The translations under genes and the position numbers were made by a program. From positions 1 to 64,000 of the forward strand of contig JBGSIV010000299.1 in NCBI GenBank assembly GCA_041742355.1: a stretch of 64,000 bases of DNA, written 5' to 3'. Shown in pieces: positions 41,201 through 49,659 of this stretch. The stretch comes from Candidatus Zixiibacteriota bacterium. Its GTDB lineage: Bacteria > Zixibacteria > MSB-5A5 > GN15 > FEB-12. The notes beneath the pieces were generated by a model that made no database searches, had not been told where the DNA came from, and saw only the letters and a program-made list of their open reading frames with translations. Position 1 is the first letter of the stretch; every line of letters starts with the position of its first letter.

Positions 41201-44200
41201 AGATAGCAGGTCTGTCGGTGCACAACTTACCCCGAGCGCGACAGTCTGTAGTGTATCGATCAGATCACCGTTATGAGCCGGACGGAGCGAGACGAGCACC
41301 TGCGACGTATCGCCGGCGCGGACTGTCCGCGAGGCCATCGCGAGAACTTCGTACTGCGACGCCACGGAACCATCGACCACTAATGTCCGGCCGGTCTGGA
41401 CGGGAAGATCGCCGTTGAGGGCGACGGGCGTGGCAAAGGAGAAGTCGGCGGCATCGAAAGCCGCGACGATAAGCGTGTCGGAGTCGGCTGCATCGTCCGC
41501 AATTTCCGCCGTCACGAACAGGTACGAGAGCGATTCGGCCGGCAGCGCTGCCGTAAACCCATCCAGTTGAAGCGTGTCATCGGAGAAACTCCGCGCCGCC
41601 GCGAGCGAGTTCTCGTCGAGGCTGAAGGAACTGGATCGGCCATAGTACAAGCGCACGAGGCCGAGCAGGCGGTCCCGATAATCATCGTCTCCACCCGACA
41701 CGCTCCGGTTGTGGAGACGCAGCCCGCTCAGTTCTTTCTGAACCGTATATCCGTTGTAGAGCGCAAAGGCCAGTATCCGGGTGTTGTTGGCGCCGGGCGC
41801 CACCGCGCCGCTGATGTCACCGAGAGTAACAATGGTAACGCGATCGGGCGGAAGAAGCAGCACGGGATCGTCTGCGCTGACGGCCGCGTCATCGGGGCCA
41901 TTCAGGCCCGACCGATAGGTTACTCCGCCTATTGGAACTGACAGAAAGAGTGTCCCGGCCCGGAAAGATTCCGGAGTGATGCTGGCAGTCACAATGAACT
42001 CGACGCCGCCTGCGAATACCCCTGTTCGCAGGTTGCCGGCCGACCAGTCGGTGCCATTCCATGTCAGTTCGGCACACACTATGTCGTCCGTAGTAAGTCC
42101 GTTGCCCGTCACATCATGCCACAATCGGAGCGTGCTTACCGCGCTTCCGTCACTCAACGACCCCAGATTCATTAACCGGATCGACTGTAGTGTGTCGGCG
42201 GCATACCCATTGCCCGGGAGGCGGAAGCGGAACACGGGGCTGTTGGTCCGCCCTCCGGTAAGGTTCAGGTCGTCAACAGAGGAGACTCCCACCGCCGAAG
42301 CGGGGAAGCCGCTGATTGTAGCGAAGGAGGGATTCACCGCCGGAAATGTCCCCGTTACCTGAATCGGTTCATGGCAGTAGACATGATTTTGTTGGTCGAT
42401 GCCGAACCGAACCTGTGTGCCGGCCCGCGCGAGATTTCTGGACACGGCTGCCAGAACGGTCAATTGGATGTGGCTGTTGCTCCATGGCAGTAGCAGGCCA
42501 GGCGTTCCCACGACCGCCGTCCCGGCCTCCACAGTTGCGACAGCGATCAACGTGTCGGCGGCGCCGATCACCATTGGATTGCCATCGAGGTCGTGATACA
42601 CCATGAGGCTGTCGAACTGCCCATCGAGTTCATCCTGGGTTGCTCCGAGCGGATCCACGGCATAGGAAGTCAGCACGAGGCTGTCGATTTCGGCCGGAGC
42701 ACCACTGTGGTTGACCAATTGCAGTGACAGAAGAGGCGGCGAGACAGCTCCCCAGACTATAGAGGACCCGGGGATCGGCTGCACGGATACCAACATCTCG
42801 CGCTCGCTGAGAATCGTGAGACCGCCTTCGGCGGCAACTTCGTGGTCGAGCGGGCCATCATTACCCGAGGAGACCCCGATGCCGTACTGGGGAATGCCCA
42901 GTTCAAGCGTTGCCCCCCGGGTAGCAAAGCGTGACGCTGTGGCGATTACGAACAGCCTGGTCATCCCGGTGTTCAACGGAACCCGGAGGGCACTGCGACT
43001 CCACCACGCCCCGTGGTTTACAAGAGCCGCGACCCGGTGGTCGCTGCTTCCTCCATCCCAGGTGCCGTCCCCCTCATCAAGGTAGACTGTCAGCGAATCA
43101 AGATCCGCTGCTCCGGCAGTACCGGTATTGGCTACCGCGAGCATGGTGAGGGTGTCGGGGAGGTAGCCATTGCAGGGGATATCAATGGTGAGAATTCGTA
43201 CCGGGCCGTCGGCCCACTCAAGGGTGTCCTGATCGGCGCCGGTGAGAGCAAGCTGCGCGGCAACCATACCATCGATAATACACACACCGTGCGAGTTTAC
43301 CGTATCCGGCCCGTCGGCCGGCGTGGCATCCAGCAGCTGCAGGTCGGCTGAGGGGAGCAGACTGAAGTCGAGTGAATCGCCGTCGTGCGGATGCGTGGCT
43401 ATGTCGGCCACTACCAGCAAAATGGCCCGTTCGCCCGGCGCCAGCGCAAGGGAGCAGGCGCTGATGTGTCGATTGTCGGTTCCCGCAAACGGTGTCGCCA
43501 GCAGCGTATCCCACAGTGACAATTCGAGGTCGAGGTCGCGGTCAAGGTAGATTGCCACCGAATCGAGATTGCTTCCCACCTGTTCCGCTGTCCCGTTCCC
43601 GCGTGACACGTTCCTGACCGCCAGCGAACTAATGGTCTTGGGTTCCTGGAAGTAGTTGCCAACCTCGATCGCGAGGAGCGTCTGATCCTGCTCGCCGGGA
43701 TACACCGAGGTTGTCCCCAGGGCAATCTGATCAATCAGCACTGACTGGATCACAATCAGGCCGGTGGTATCGACGGCGCCGCTGCCGTCAGTGGCGACCG
43801 CAATTCGGCCCATGCCGGGAACATCAGCGGACAGCTCGCCCCGCTCATCAAGGGTGCCGATCATTCCCAGAAGCGACCAGGCAATCTCGCCGGCGTCAGC
43901 GAGGTTCGAATCCGCATCGTAGGCCGTCACGGAGAAACCAATCGTATCATGCAAGACACCGGTAAAACTCTCCGGCGAAATTCGAATTCGGGCAGGCAGT
44001 CCGGGTACCAACGTCAGGATCCCGGAAGTGTCGGCAGTGATCAGATCGAAGCTCGCAGCGATTCTCCCTGTACCAGGTCTCCTGAAATCCAGGGTAACCG
44101 ACGCGCTGACGGCGCCCGGCGATTGCGCTATGGAGTCCTCGCCGATAATCGTCCAGAGAACGGCAACGTCTCCTAGAGACACGCTGTCGCTGCTATACCC

Positions 44201-45535
44201 CCGGCAGTACACTTCTATCTCCTCATCGGTGGAGAGAGCGGTGTCGCCGACAGCTGTCCCGTCGGCCAACTCCACGCGAATGAAACTCAGGAGCGCGGCA
44301 TCCAGCACCGTGATCTGCACGGTTTCCGAGTCAGCCAGAATTCCGTCGGATGCAACAAATGTGACTTCGATTGAACCTACCTGCGAGGAGTTAGGAACAA
44401 ACCAGAAAGTGCCTTGACCGTCGCCGTGGTCAGTGAACGACGCCCCCGGTGGCAGGGGAGCGGCCGACAGCACGGGGACGGCGCCGTCGGCATCGGATGC
44501 ACTGAGCGTGAACTCCAGTGTATCTCCCGCCGCGATCGATTGGGGCCCGATGTCCTCGAGCACGGGGGAGACGTTGGCCGTATAGACCGTGATCGTTACT
44601 ACTTCGGTGTCGGCAAGCTCACCATCGCTGGCAGTGAAGAAGATTTCGTAAATCCCTGCGGCGTTCTGTGAAGCCGAGAAAACGAAATCTCCTGTGCCGT
44701 CGCCGTTATCCTTGAAGGAGGCGTCCTTGGGCAGCGGAGCAGCTTTCAGCACGGGGATGGTTCCGTCGCCGTCCGACGCTGAAACCGTGAACGTGACTTC
44801 TTCACCTTCGGCGATAGTTGCGGAACTGAGCGGCGCAAGGTTGGGTGGCTCGTTCAGGTGCCTCAAGCTGGCGCCCAACTCCACCCACTCCTTGTTCTCG
44901 GTAAAGGCCCAACCTATGCCGACCGACACCGCGCCACTCTTGACGCACCCTTGTCCCCAGTGCTCGTCCCTGACTTCCAGCGACCAGATCCGGGTCGAGC
45001 CAATACTTGGGTCGGGTTCGCCGTTGGAGAGCGACAGAGACGAGGCAAGCACCATGTTGCCCGGGTTGCTGGGTACAACGATACTTCCTGTGTTACTCTT
45101 GCCTGATTTGGTAATGATTGTGTCTACCGGGTGACTCAAGTCAACTCCGGTGAGGGCGACAGCCGACATCGCTGCCTTGACATTGCCGTCGGAAAGCAGC
45201 ACCAGTTCAGCCTCACCAACCGGGGGATTCACATACTGCCACAGCTCAATGCGCGGTTTGCCGATCGCATGGATGACTTTGCCGACCAGCGTGAGCGGGA
45301 GGCCTCCGTACGTGACCGTCTCGGCCGAGTCGTCCTTGTCGGTGTACTGGACGGTCACCAGGAGAAGCATGTCCGGGTCACGGGTCGTATGCATGAGAAC
45401 CAGCGAATCCGTGTCGTCACTGATCGAAATGGCAGTGTCGACGACTACCGGAACTGCGCTGACGATGCATGGCATAATCACCGCCCAAAGCAGCGCGATC
45501 GCCAGGGTGAATGCGGAATTGAGCCTCAATGACAC
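38276..45535 (-). CDS. Large secreted Ig/cadherin-like repeat surface protein (2419 aa) with T9SS-A/FlgD-like C-terminal domain
   Basis: Signal peptide; two N.PP.L...ASD.DG...DNGDGTG cadherin-like units; about 160-aa beta-sandwich repeats; C-terminal NYPNPFN...YTITGDLV...WYGEN...PGTYL...KVAVIR. Confidence 0.85.
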   Translation of the reverse strand: MSLRLNSAFTLAIALLWAVIMPCIVSAVPVVVDTAISISDDTDSLVLMHTTRDPDMLLLVTVQYTDKDDSAETVTYGGLPLTLVGKVIHAIGKPRIELWQYVNPPVGEAELVLLSDGNVKAAMSAVALTGVDLSHPVDTIITKSGKSNTGSIVVPSNPGNMVLASSLSLSNGEPDPSIGSTRIWSLEVRDEHWGQGCVKSGAVSVGIGWAFTENKEWVELGASLRHLNEPPNLAPLSSATIAEGEEVTFTVSASDGDGTIPVLKAAPLPKDASFKDNGDGTGDFVFSASQNAAGIYEIFFTASDGELADTEVVTITVYTANVSPVLEDIGPQSIAAGDTLEFTLSASDADGAVPVLSAAPLPPGASFTDHGDGQGTFWFVPNSSQVGSIEVTFVASDGILADSETVQITVLDAALLSFIRVELADGTAVGDTALSTDEEIEVYCRGYSSDSVSLGDVAVLWTIIGEDSIAQSPGAVSASVTLDFRRPGTGRIAASFDLITADTSGILTLVPGLPARIRISPESFTGVLHDTIGFSVTAYDADSNLADAGEIAWSLLGMIGTLDERGELSADVPGMGRIAVATDGSGAVDTTGLIVIQSVLIDQIALGTTSVYPGEQDQTLLAIEVGNYFQEPKTISSLAVRNVSRGNGTAEQVGSNLDSVAIYLDRDLDLELSLWDTLLATPFAGTDNRHISACSLALAPGERAILLVVADIATHPHDGDSLDFSLLPSADLQLLDATPADGPDTVNSHGVCIIDGMVAAQLALTGADQDTLEWADGPVRILTIDIPCNGYLPDTLTMLAVANTGTAGAADLDSLTVYLDEGDGTWDGGSSDHRVAALVNHGAWWSRSALRVPLNTGMTRLFVIATASRFATRGATLELGIPQYGIGVSSGNDGPLDHEVAAEGGLTILSEREMLVSVQPIPGSSIVWGAVSPPLLSLQLVNHSGAPAEIDSLVLTSYAVDPLGATQDELDGQFDSLMVYHDLDGNPMVIGAADTLIAVATVEAGTAVVGTPGLLLPWSNSHIQLTVLAAVSRNLARAGTQVRFGIDQQNHVYCHEPIQVTGTFPAVNPSFATISGFPASAVGVSSVDDLNLTGGRTNSPVFRFRLPGNGYAADTLQSIRLMNLGSLSDGSAVSTLRLWHDVTGNGLTTDDIVCAELTWNGTDWSAGNLRTGVFAGGVEFIVTASITPESFRAGTLFLSVPIGGVTYRSGLNGPDDAAVSADDPVLLLPPDRVTIVTLGDISGAVAPGANNTRILAFALYNGYTVQKELSGLRLHNRSVSGGDDDYRDRLLGLVRLYYGRSSSFSLDENSLAAARSFSDDTLQLDGFTAALPAESLSYLFVTAEIADDAADSDTLIVAAFDAADFSFATPVALNGDLPVQTGRTLVVDGSVASQYEVLAMASRTVRAGDTSQVLVSLRPAHNGDLIDTLQTVALGVSCAPTDLLSVKIWLDRNGDAIWQGTDSLLGPCFYAAGLWTSAYLGLPILESPPYLIITADIAADAASGTVIQTWIPLNGCTYASNNDGPRDSVLASGASLTVYASQLQVSCGQIRSTYSVGETIAVRLNVQNLYGVTVPGLAAEVIPEGTIAAVRLDSCSGTLTLSPGATGELRCYFTSLQTGQVSWRMRAVAPAVSDSSAYIVSSTAIILERAETAVVSLLNSAPASVTQGQRNVFPLTITVSHPDTGASVSPLQLDAVRITVRDASGTGRPANQVFSLMALGVGFSNYAMALPVPADSQVTLTFPSPVIITPGADARLALLVDVDSACEASTFVLSIDGPEAFVVHDANAGSPATVQSAETFPLSTAICRVDLPAGSLAVAGPVQTDRQANQGQTGVVCMDITVRHPGEVGASPIQITSLRAAFVDSDSNPIDASTVLRLLAVRSAGTEYGTVSGAGLSTTPVQIDLGSPLTLGPGEARTLQLIGDVGSSALNSGFRLVIADSSYLSVREIGSGATILAVTDTTVLSTASAFPLAGGWVDINEPALPPSVCVTAMMPGSIVAGSEEVQLVEFSIVYPPCEDCSPAQVDGVKTNLLNTDGVPLDPQKFLDRIGVSVEGEPARYQPYVELVNGAVYFRFGETGLQLSAEDSIRVRLVADIEALAPHDSLVLVVESSDRLVLSDLADPAHDLRVVANPACDLSFPMAIGPAAIIQPAGRPSLSAEDHSVIIVHQGQFGVPLMELNVDYSLLGQQGDVELQGLSGQVFTRTAAGFIPTDLTDLVSSVSVWLDESPVATFPVAADQPLTFALAEPVVLTAGASHQLRLTGDIKSTATPANYSFAFMDSLSLTLQDPLLHTAVLPLVAEGTYPLRGTELSVTAATIAASFTNYPNPFNAADGNGTTITYMLAEPAHVSISLYTITGDLVTDLAVDEYRETGQHQADKWYGENQKGREVLPGTYLCRLTIRYLSGGEESLQRKVAVIR

Positions 45536-46202
45536 TCCAATGCTGTCGGACAGATGTTTAGCATCCCTTTACTTAAGCAGGTCGGTAAATCAGGGTGTAC
45601 ACTTTACCCGGTCGAGGATTCCCCTGTCCTCTTTTGACGGCGAATGCTGCCCGTGTTGAGCTCGGAGCAGGGCACACATTATATGGGTATACTGGGTATC
45701 GCTTCTGGGTCGGGAAGTGGATATTTCGGATGCACCCGGTGTTGCGCCTCTGAGGGTACACAGCGACAAGGTCTTGAATGTCAGCGCCTTGCTATGGACG
45801 GTCAACCTGAGATGGGGCTGCTATGAGATTGATCTGAGTCTTTTCGGTACTCCATGGGCACCTTGGGCGCGCAAGGAAAAAGATAGGCACAAGCCAATTG
45901 AGATGAGGTGCCACATGGCCGGATCTGTCGGATTCCTGCACTTATGGTGTTGGATGGCTTGATGTTAACTGGCGCGAAGAGGACTCCGGCCCCAGATAGC
46001 GCTAAACTCCTCCTCGAACTCTGATCCCCATGGCGGTTTGGGCTGCTTCCTTCTACCGAAGGCATATTTGCGACCAGCCAGCGTCAATCCACTTCCACAA
46101 GTGCGCCAATCTGTCCGGCGCTTGGCGGCTTCTCTCAAGGACGCTTGTAGAATGGACCATAGGGATAGATATTATCGCAATTCTTGAAGGACCTGAATTT
46201 TC

Positions 46203-47030
46203 ATGGCTATCGACAGACTCGGCTACGAATACCTCCTCGGCGACAGCGACCGGGAAATCGACCGGCTCCGCTTCCAGCACTCGGTCTGGGGGCCGGTGAC
46301 CCATCGCTTCTTTGACCGCCTCGGCGTGCAGCCCGGATGGCGGTGTCTCGATGTCGGCGCAGGGCCGGGGTTTGTCTCGATGGATCTGCGCGACCGGGTC
46401 GGCAACTTTGGCGAGGTGACCGCCCTCGAGCCCTCGGAGACGTTCCGAGCGTGGTTAACCGATGAAGTCAGGCGTCGCGGCTGGATCAACCTGCACATCG
46501 TCACCGGCACGTCCTACGAGGTCGACCTGCCACATGAGTACTATGACTTGATCTTTGTCCGCTGGGTGATCGGTTTCGTCCCCCATCCCGAGCCGTTTCT
46601 CAAACCACTGCTGGCCGCCCTCAAGCCCGGCGGTATCGTTGCGTTGCAGGATTATGTCCATGAGGGATGCTCCCTTTTCCCCGAGGGTGGGGCTTGGGAC
46701 AGTTTTCCTGAGATGATGCGCCGGTGGTGGCGCTCCGGAGGGGGCGATCCATTTGTGGCGGCGCGTTTGCCCGGCGTCATGCGCCACCTCGGCCTGACGG
46801 TGATCGATTACACCCCGACCTCGCTGACCGGCGGACCGGGCAGCCGCGTGATGGAGTGGATGGAGCGCTTCCTCGTCAGCCAGCTCCCGGTCATGGTGCA
46901 GCGCGGTATCGCCACGCAGGAGGATGCCGATGCGATTCTTGCCGACTGGCAGGAGCACCAGGCGAACGCCGAAACCGTGTTTTTCTCACCCTTCGTGGTG
47001 GACATCGCAGGGCAGAAGCCGCGCGCCTGA
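46203..47030 (+). CDS. Class I SAM-dependent methyltransferase
   Basis: CLDVGAGPG, YDLIFVRWV, LKPGG. Confidence 0.9.
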   Translation: MAIDRLGYEYLLGDSDREIDRLRFQHSVWGPVTHRFFDRLGVQPGWRCLDVGAGPGFVSMDLRDRVGNFGEVTALEPSETFRAWLTDEVRRRGWINLHIVTGTSYEVDLPHEYYDLIFVRWVIGFVPHPEPFLKPLLAALKPGGIVALQDYVHEGCSLFPEGGAWDSFPEMMRRWWRSGGGDPFVAARLPGVMRHLGLTVIDYTPTSLTGGPGSRVMEWMERFLVSQLPVMVQRGIATQEDADAILADWQEHQANAETVFFSPFVVDIAGQKPRA

Positions 47031-47144
47031 GGCCGGCAAACGGCCCGGGAACACGCCTTCCCGAGACGGGTCTTCTCCCAGCGAATCATGAGAGCGGGGG
47101 GCCTGCCATCGTCCGCTTTCGTGTTCGCCACCCCAAAAGAATCA

Positions 47145-47172
47145 TTGACTATATTGGGCCATATAGTATCTT
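47145..47172 (+). promoter_or_regulatory. sigma70-like promoter containing a palindromic operator
   Basis: TTGACT-N16-TATCTT, overlapped by ACTATAT-N6-ATATAGT (47148-47167). Confidence 0.5.
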
Positions 47173-47260
47173 ATTGCCGTGCGAACGCGAGCTGCCCGGC
47201 CACCCGGCAATCGCCCTGAGTTGGACCTGTTATCTCAAACAACCTTACGCGGAGTGCAGT

Positions 47261-49585
47261 ATGCGCTACCTCACTATCGTTCTGGCCCTTGTGTGCCTGT
47301 TCGTCGTGATGTCGTCCGTCTCGGCCGGCACCGTCAAGGACTCTATTGCCTACCAGGGTCGGCTAACCGACGCCTCCGACAACCCGGTCCCCGATGGTCT
47401 GCGGGATCTTGTCCTGACTTTCTGGTCCGATTCGGTCGGCGGTACCCTGCTCTACACCGAAGTCCGAGCGGTGAGCGTCAAGAACGGCCTTTACTCCGCC
47501 TGCATCGGCTGCGACAACGATTCGTTTTTCGATATCTTCACCGACTCCTCGATTTACCTTGAAGTGCAGTTGACCGGCGAGCCGCCCATGACCCCGCGCA
47601 CGCCCATCCGCTACGCGCCCAAGGCGATGATGAGCGCCCGGGTGCGCGGCGACATCTCCACCTCGCCCGACCACCTCACGATCGGTGATCTTGACGGTGA
47701 CGGCGCGTTGGATCTCGTTTCGTCCGCGGATCAGTCCGAGCTCCGGGTAATCAAGAAGCGACCCGGCCGGACCACCTTTTCCAATATAACCCTGCGCGCC
47801 TACCCCGATTCCGTCAGTGACTCACGCGACTGCGATGACGATGACGACGGCGACCCCGAAAGCGCATACGTACAGCGTCTGACGCCGACTACCGCGAGTC
47901 TGGCCATCAAGACCAAGGGGACCAGCGCCCAGCGCCTCGGTATGGGGGGCGACTGCGACGACACCGACGCCTCTGTATATGTCGACGGGGACGACGACGG
48001 CGACGGCATCCCGGAGCGTGACGCCGAACTACGGATCACCCCGACCACGGCCAGCCTTGCGATCAATTCGAAGGGGACCAGCGCCAAACGCCTCCGGGCG
48101 GGCGGTGACTGCGATGACACGGACGCTTCCTTCTACCTTGACTATGACGATGACGGTGATGGCGTATCCGAAACCAGCATGACCTCCACTGTCGAGCGCA
48201 AGTCCGGGTCGATCATTTACCTCGACCGCGAGGGAAACGAGGTGCTGCGCAGCATGATGGGGGTCGATAGCACCCGCTCGATCGTGACGCTCGATCGGGA
48301 TTCCGACGGCGACGGCGTACCGGAAGAGGAAGTAACCGCAAAGATCACCCCGGGCGTCGCCGCCCATGCCATAAACACCAAGGGGACGGGCGCGCAGGGG
48401 GGACGCTCGGTCTTGATCAGCTCCACTACCGACCAGTTTAGCGCTGTCCATTCTTGCGACATCGATGACGATGGCGACGGGCTGTCCGACGCTGATATCT
48501 CCTCGACCGTGACGCCGACCAGTTCCAGCTTCGCCGTCAATTACAATGGAACGGGGGGCTCAGGCAACCGTTCGGCCGGCACTACCGCAGACGATTCCAC
48601 CGTTATCGACTACCTCGACATGGACGATGACGGTGACGGCATTGCCCAGGCGAAGGCAGTGAGCTCCGTGTCCTCCCTGTCCGGCAGCGGCGGCGGTGCG
48701 GCTGCAGCCTCTTATGCCGCGACCGGACGCTGGTATACCGACAGCGACGATGATGGTGTCCCGGAAGGGGACATCGAATCAATCGCCACCCCGCTGACGT
48801 GCAGCGTTGCGATCAAGACCAAAGGGACCGGCGCCGATCCCAATCGGACATCCATTACCCAGTCGACCGATACCAGCCATGTCGGGCTGGCGCTGTCCGG
48901 AATCAGCACCGGCGGCGGTTACAAGCTGTTCTCGGTCACCGGCCAGCCGACTCCCGTGGGCGGGCAGGTGAAGTCCCGGATGGAGGTCGGAGACCTGGGC
49001 AATCCGGCAGATGTTTCCATCGAACATACATGCGATACGTCGGGGGCTGTGATACTCCTCGCGGGGAAGAAGGGCTACGATTACTACCAGTCTTCCAACT
49101 CTCTTGGCGCACGGATGACTATCCGCACCGATGCCGCCGACACGACCATCGATATTGATGGAGACGGCCGGATTGGCATCGGCAAACCGGCCGATGCCGT
49201 CAAGAGAATCGATGTTGATGGCGGAGCATACTGCGACGGCTCAAACTGGGTGAATGCATCCGACGCCAACTCCAAGGAGAACTTCGCACCGGTCGACGGC
49301 CAGGAACTGCTGGAGAAGATCGGCGATCTGGAAATCACGAAGTGGAACTACAAAGGTGATCCGGAAACCGAGCACATCGGGCCGACCGCCCAGGACTTCA
49401 AGGAAACTTTTGGTGTCGGGGCCGACGACCGGTCGATTTCGACCATTGACCCTTCCGGGATTGCCCTCGCCGCGATAAAGGAGCTTTCGAAGCAGAATCA
49501 GGATCTTCGCAGTCAGAACGCCGACCTGCAGAAGCAGCTGGACGAGCTCAAGCGCATGGTCGAGCAACTGGCCGCAAAGAAATAG
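47261..49585 (+). CDS. Secreted fibre-like protein with acidic repeats and C-terminal peptidase S74 (intramolecular chaperone) domain
   Basis: Signal peptide MRYLTIVLAL...VSA; IAYQGRLTD...NGLYS...PRTPI N-domain; GRIGIG...WVNASDANSKEN...WNYK...HIGPTAQDF...AAIKEL, then coiled coil. Confidence 0.85.
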   Translation: MRYLTIVLALVCLFVVMSSVSAGTVKDSIAYQGRLTDASDNPVPDGLRDLVLTFWSDSVGGTLLYTEVRAVSVKNGLYSACIGCDNDSFFDIFTDSSIYLEVQLTGEPPMTPRTPIRYAPKAMMSARVRGDISTSPDHLTIGDLDGDGALDLVSSADQSELRVIKKRPGRTTFSNITLRAYPDSVSDSRDCDDDDDGDPESAYVQRLTPTTASLAIKTKGTSAQRLGMGGDCDDTDASVYVDGDDDGDGIPERDAELRITPTTASLAINSKGTSAKRLRAGGDCDDTDASFYLDYDDDGDGVSETSMTSTVERKSGSIIYLDREGNEVLRSMMGVDSTRSIVTLDRDSDGDGVPEEEVTAKITPGVAAHAINTKGTGAQGGRSVLISSTTDQFSAVHSCDIDDDGDGLSDADISSTVTPTSSSFAVNYNGTGGSGNRSAGTTADDSTVIDYLDMDDDGDGIAQAKAVSSVSSLSGSGGGAAAASYAATGRWYTDSDDDGVPEGDIESIATPLTCSVAIKTKGTGADPNRTSITQSTDTSHVGLALSGISTGGGYKLFSVTGQPTPVGGQVKSRMEVGDLGNPADVSIEHTCDTSGAVILLAGKKGYDYYQSSNSLGARMTIRTDAADTTIDIDGDGRIGIGKPADAVKRIDVDGGAYCDGSNWVNASDANSKENFAPVDGQELLEKIGDLEITKWNYKGDPETEHIGPTAQDFKETFGVGADDRSISTIDPSGIALAAIKELSKQNQDLRSQNADLQKQLDELKRMVEQLAAKK
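47828..48850 (+). repeat. Intragenic tandem repeats of about 52 aa (D-x-D-D-D-G-D-G-x-P-E...TPT...AIxTKGT)
   Basis: Acidic boxes start at 47828, 47984, 48140, 48293, 48458, 48617 and about 48740; the first three are spaced exactly 156 bp. Confidence 0.85.
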
Positions 49586-49598
49586 TCTGACCAAAACG

Positions 49599-49629
49599 AA
49601 AACGGGCAGGCGCGACGCCTGCCCGTTTT
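49599..49629. terminator. Bidirectional terminator between convergent genes
   Basis: AAAACGGGCAGGCG-cga-CGCCTGCCCGTTTT. Confidence 0.85.
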
Positions 49630-49659
49630 GCTGTCTAAGTACATAGCTCGACGGCAGCC

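Noticed and set aside
45540..46200. 660-bp intergenic region as an ncRNA or small gene
   Set aside because: No recognisable RNA motif or convincing ORF; probably divergent promoters.
46724..47260. N-terminal extension of the 953-aa ORF
   Set aside because: It overlaps the methyltransferase gene; the promoter and signal peptide point to ATG 47261.
47828..48850. CRISPR array or DGR template
   Set aside because: The repeats are degenerate, in-frame and conserved mainly at protein level; no cas or reverse transcriptase gene is in the window.
47261..49585. Prophage or eCIS locus suggested by the S74 domain and tube-like motifs
   Set aside because: No sheath, baseplate, capsid or integrase genes nearby, and the protein has a Sec signal peptide.
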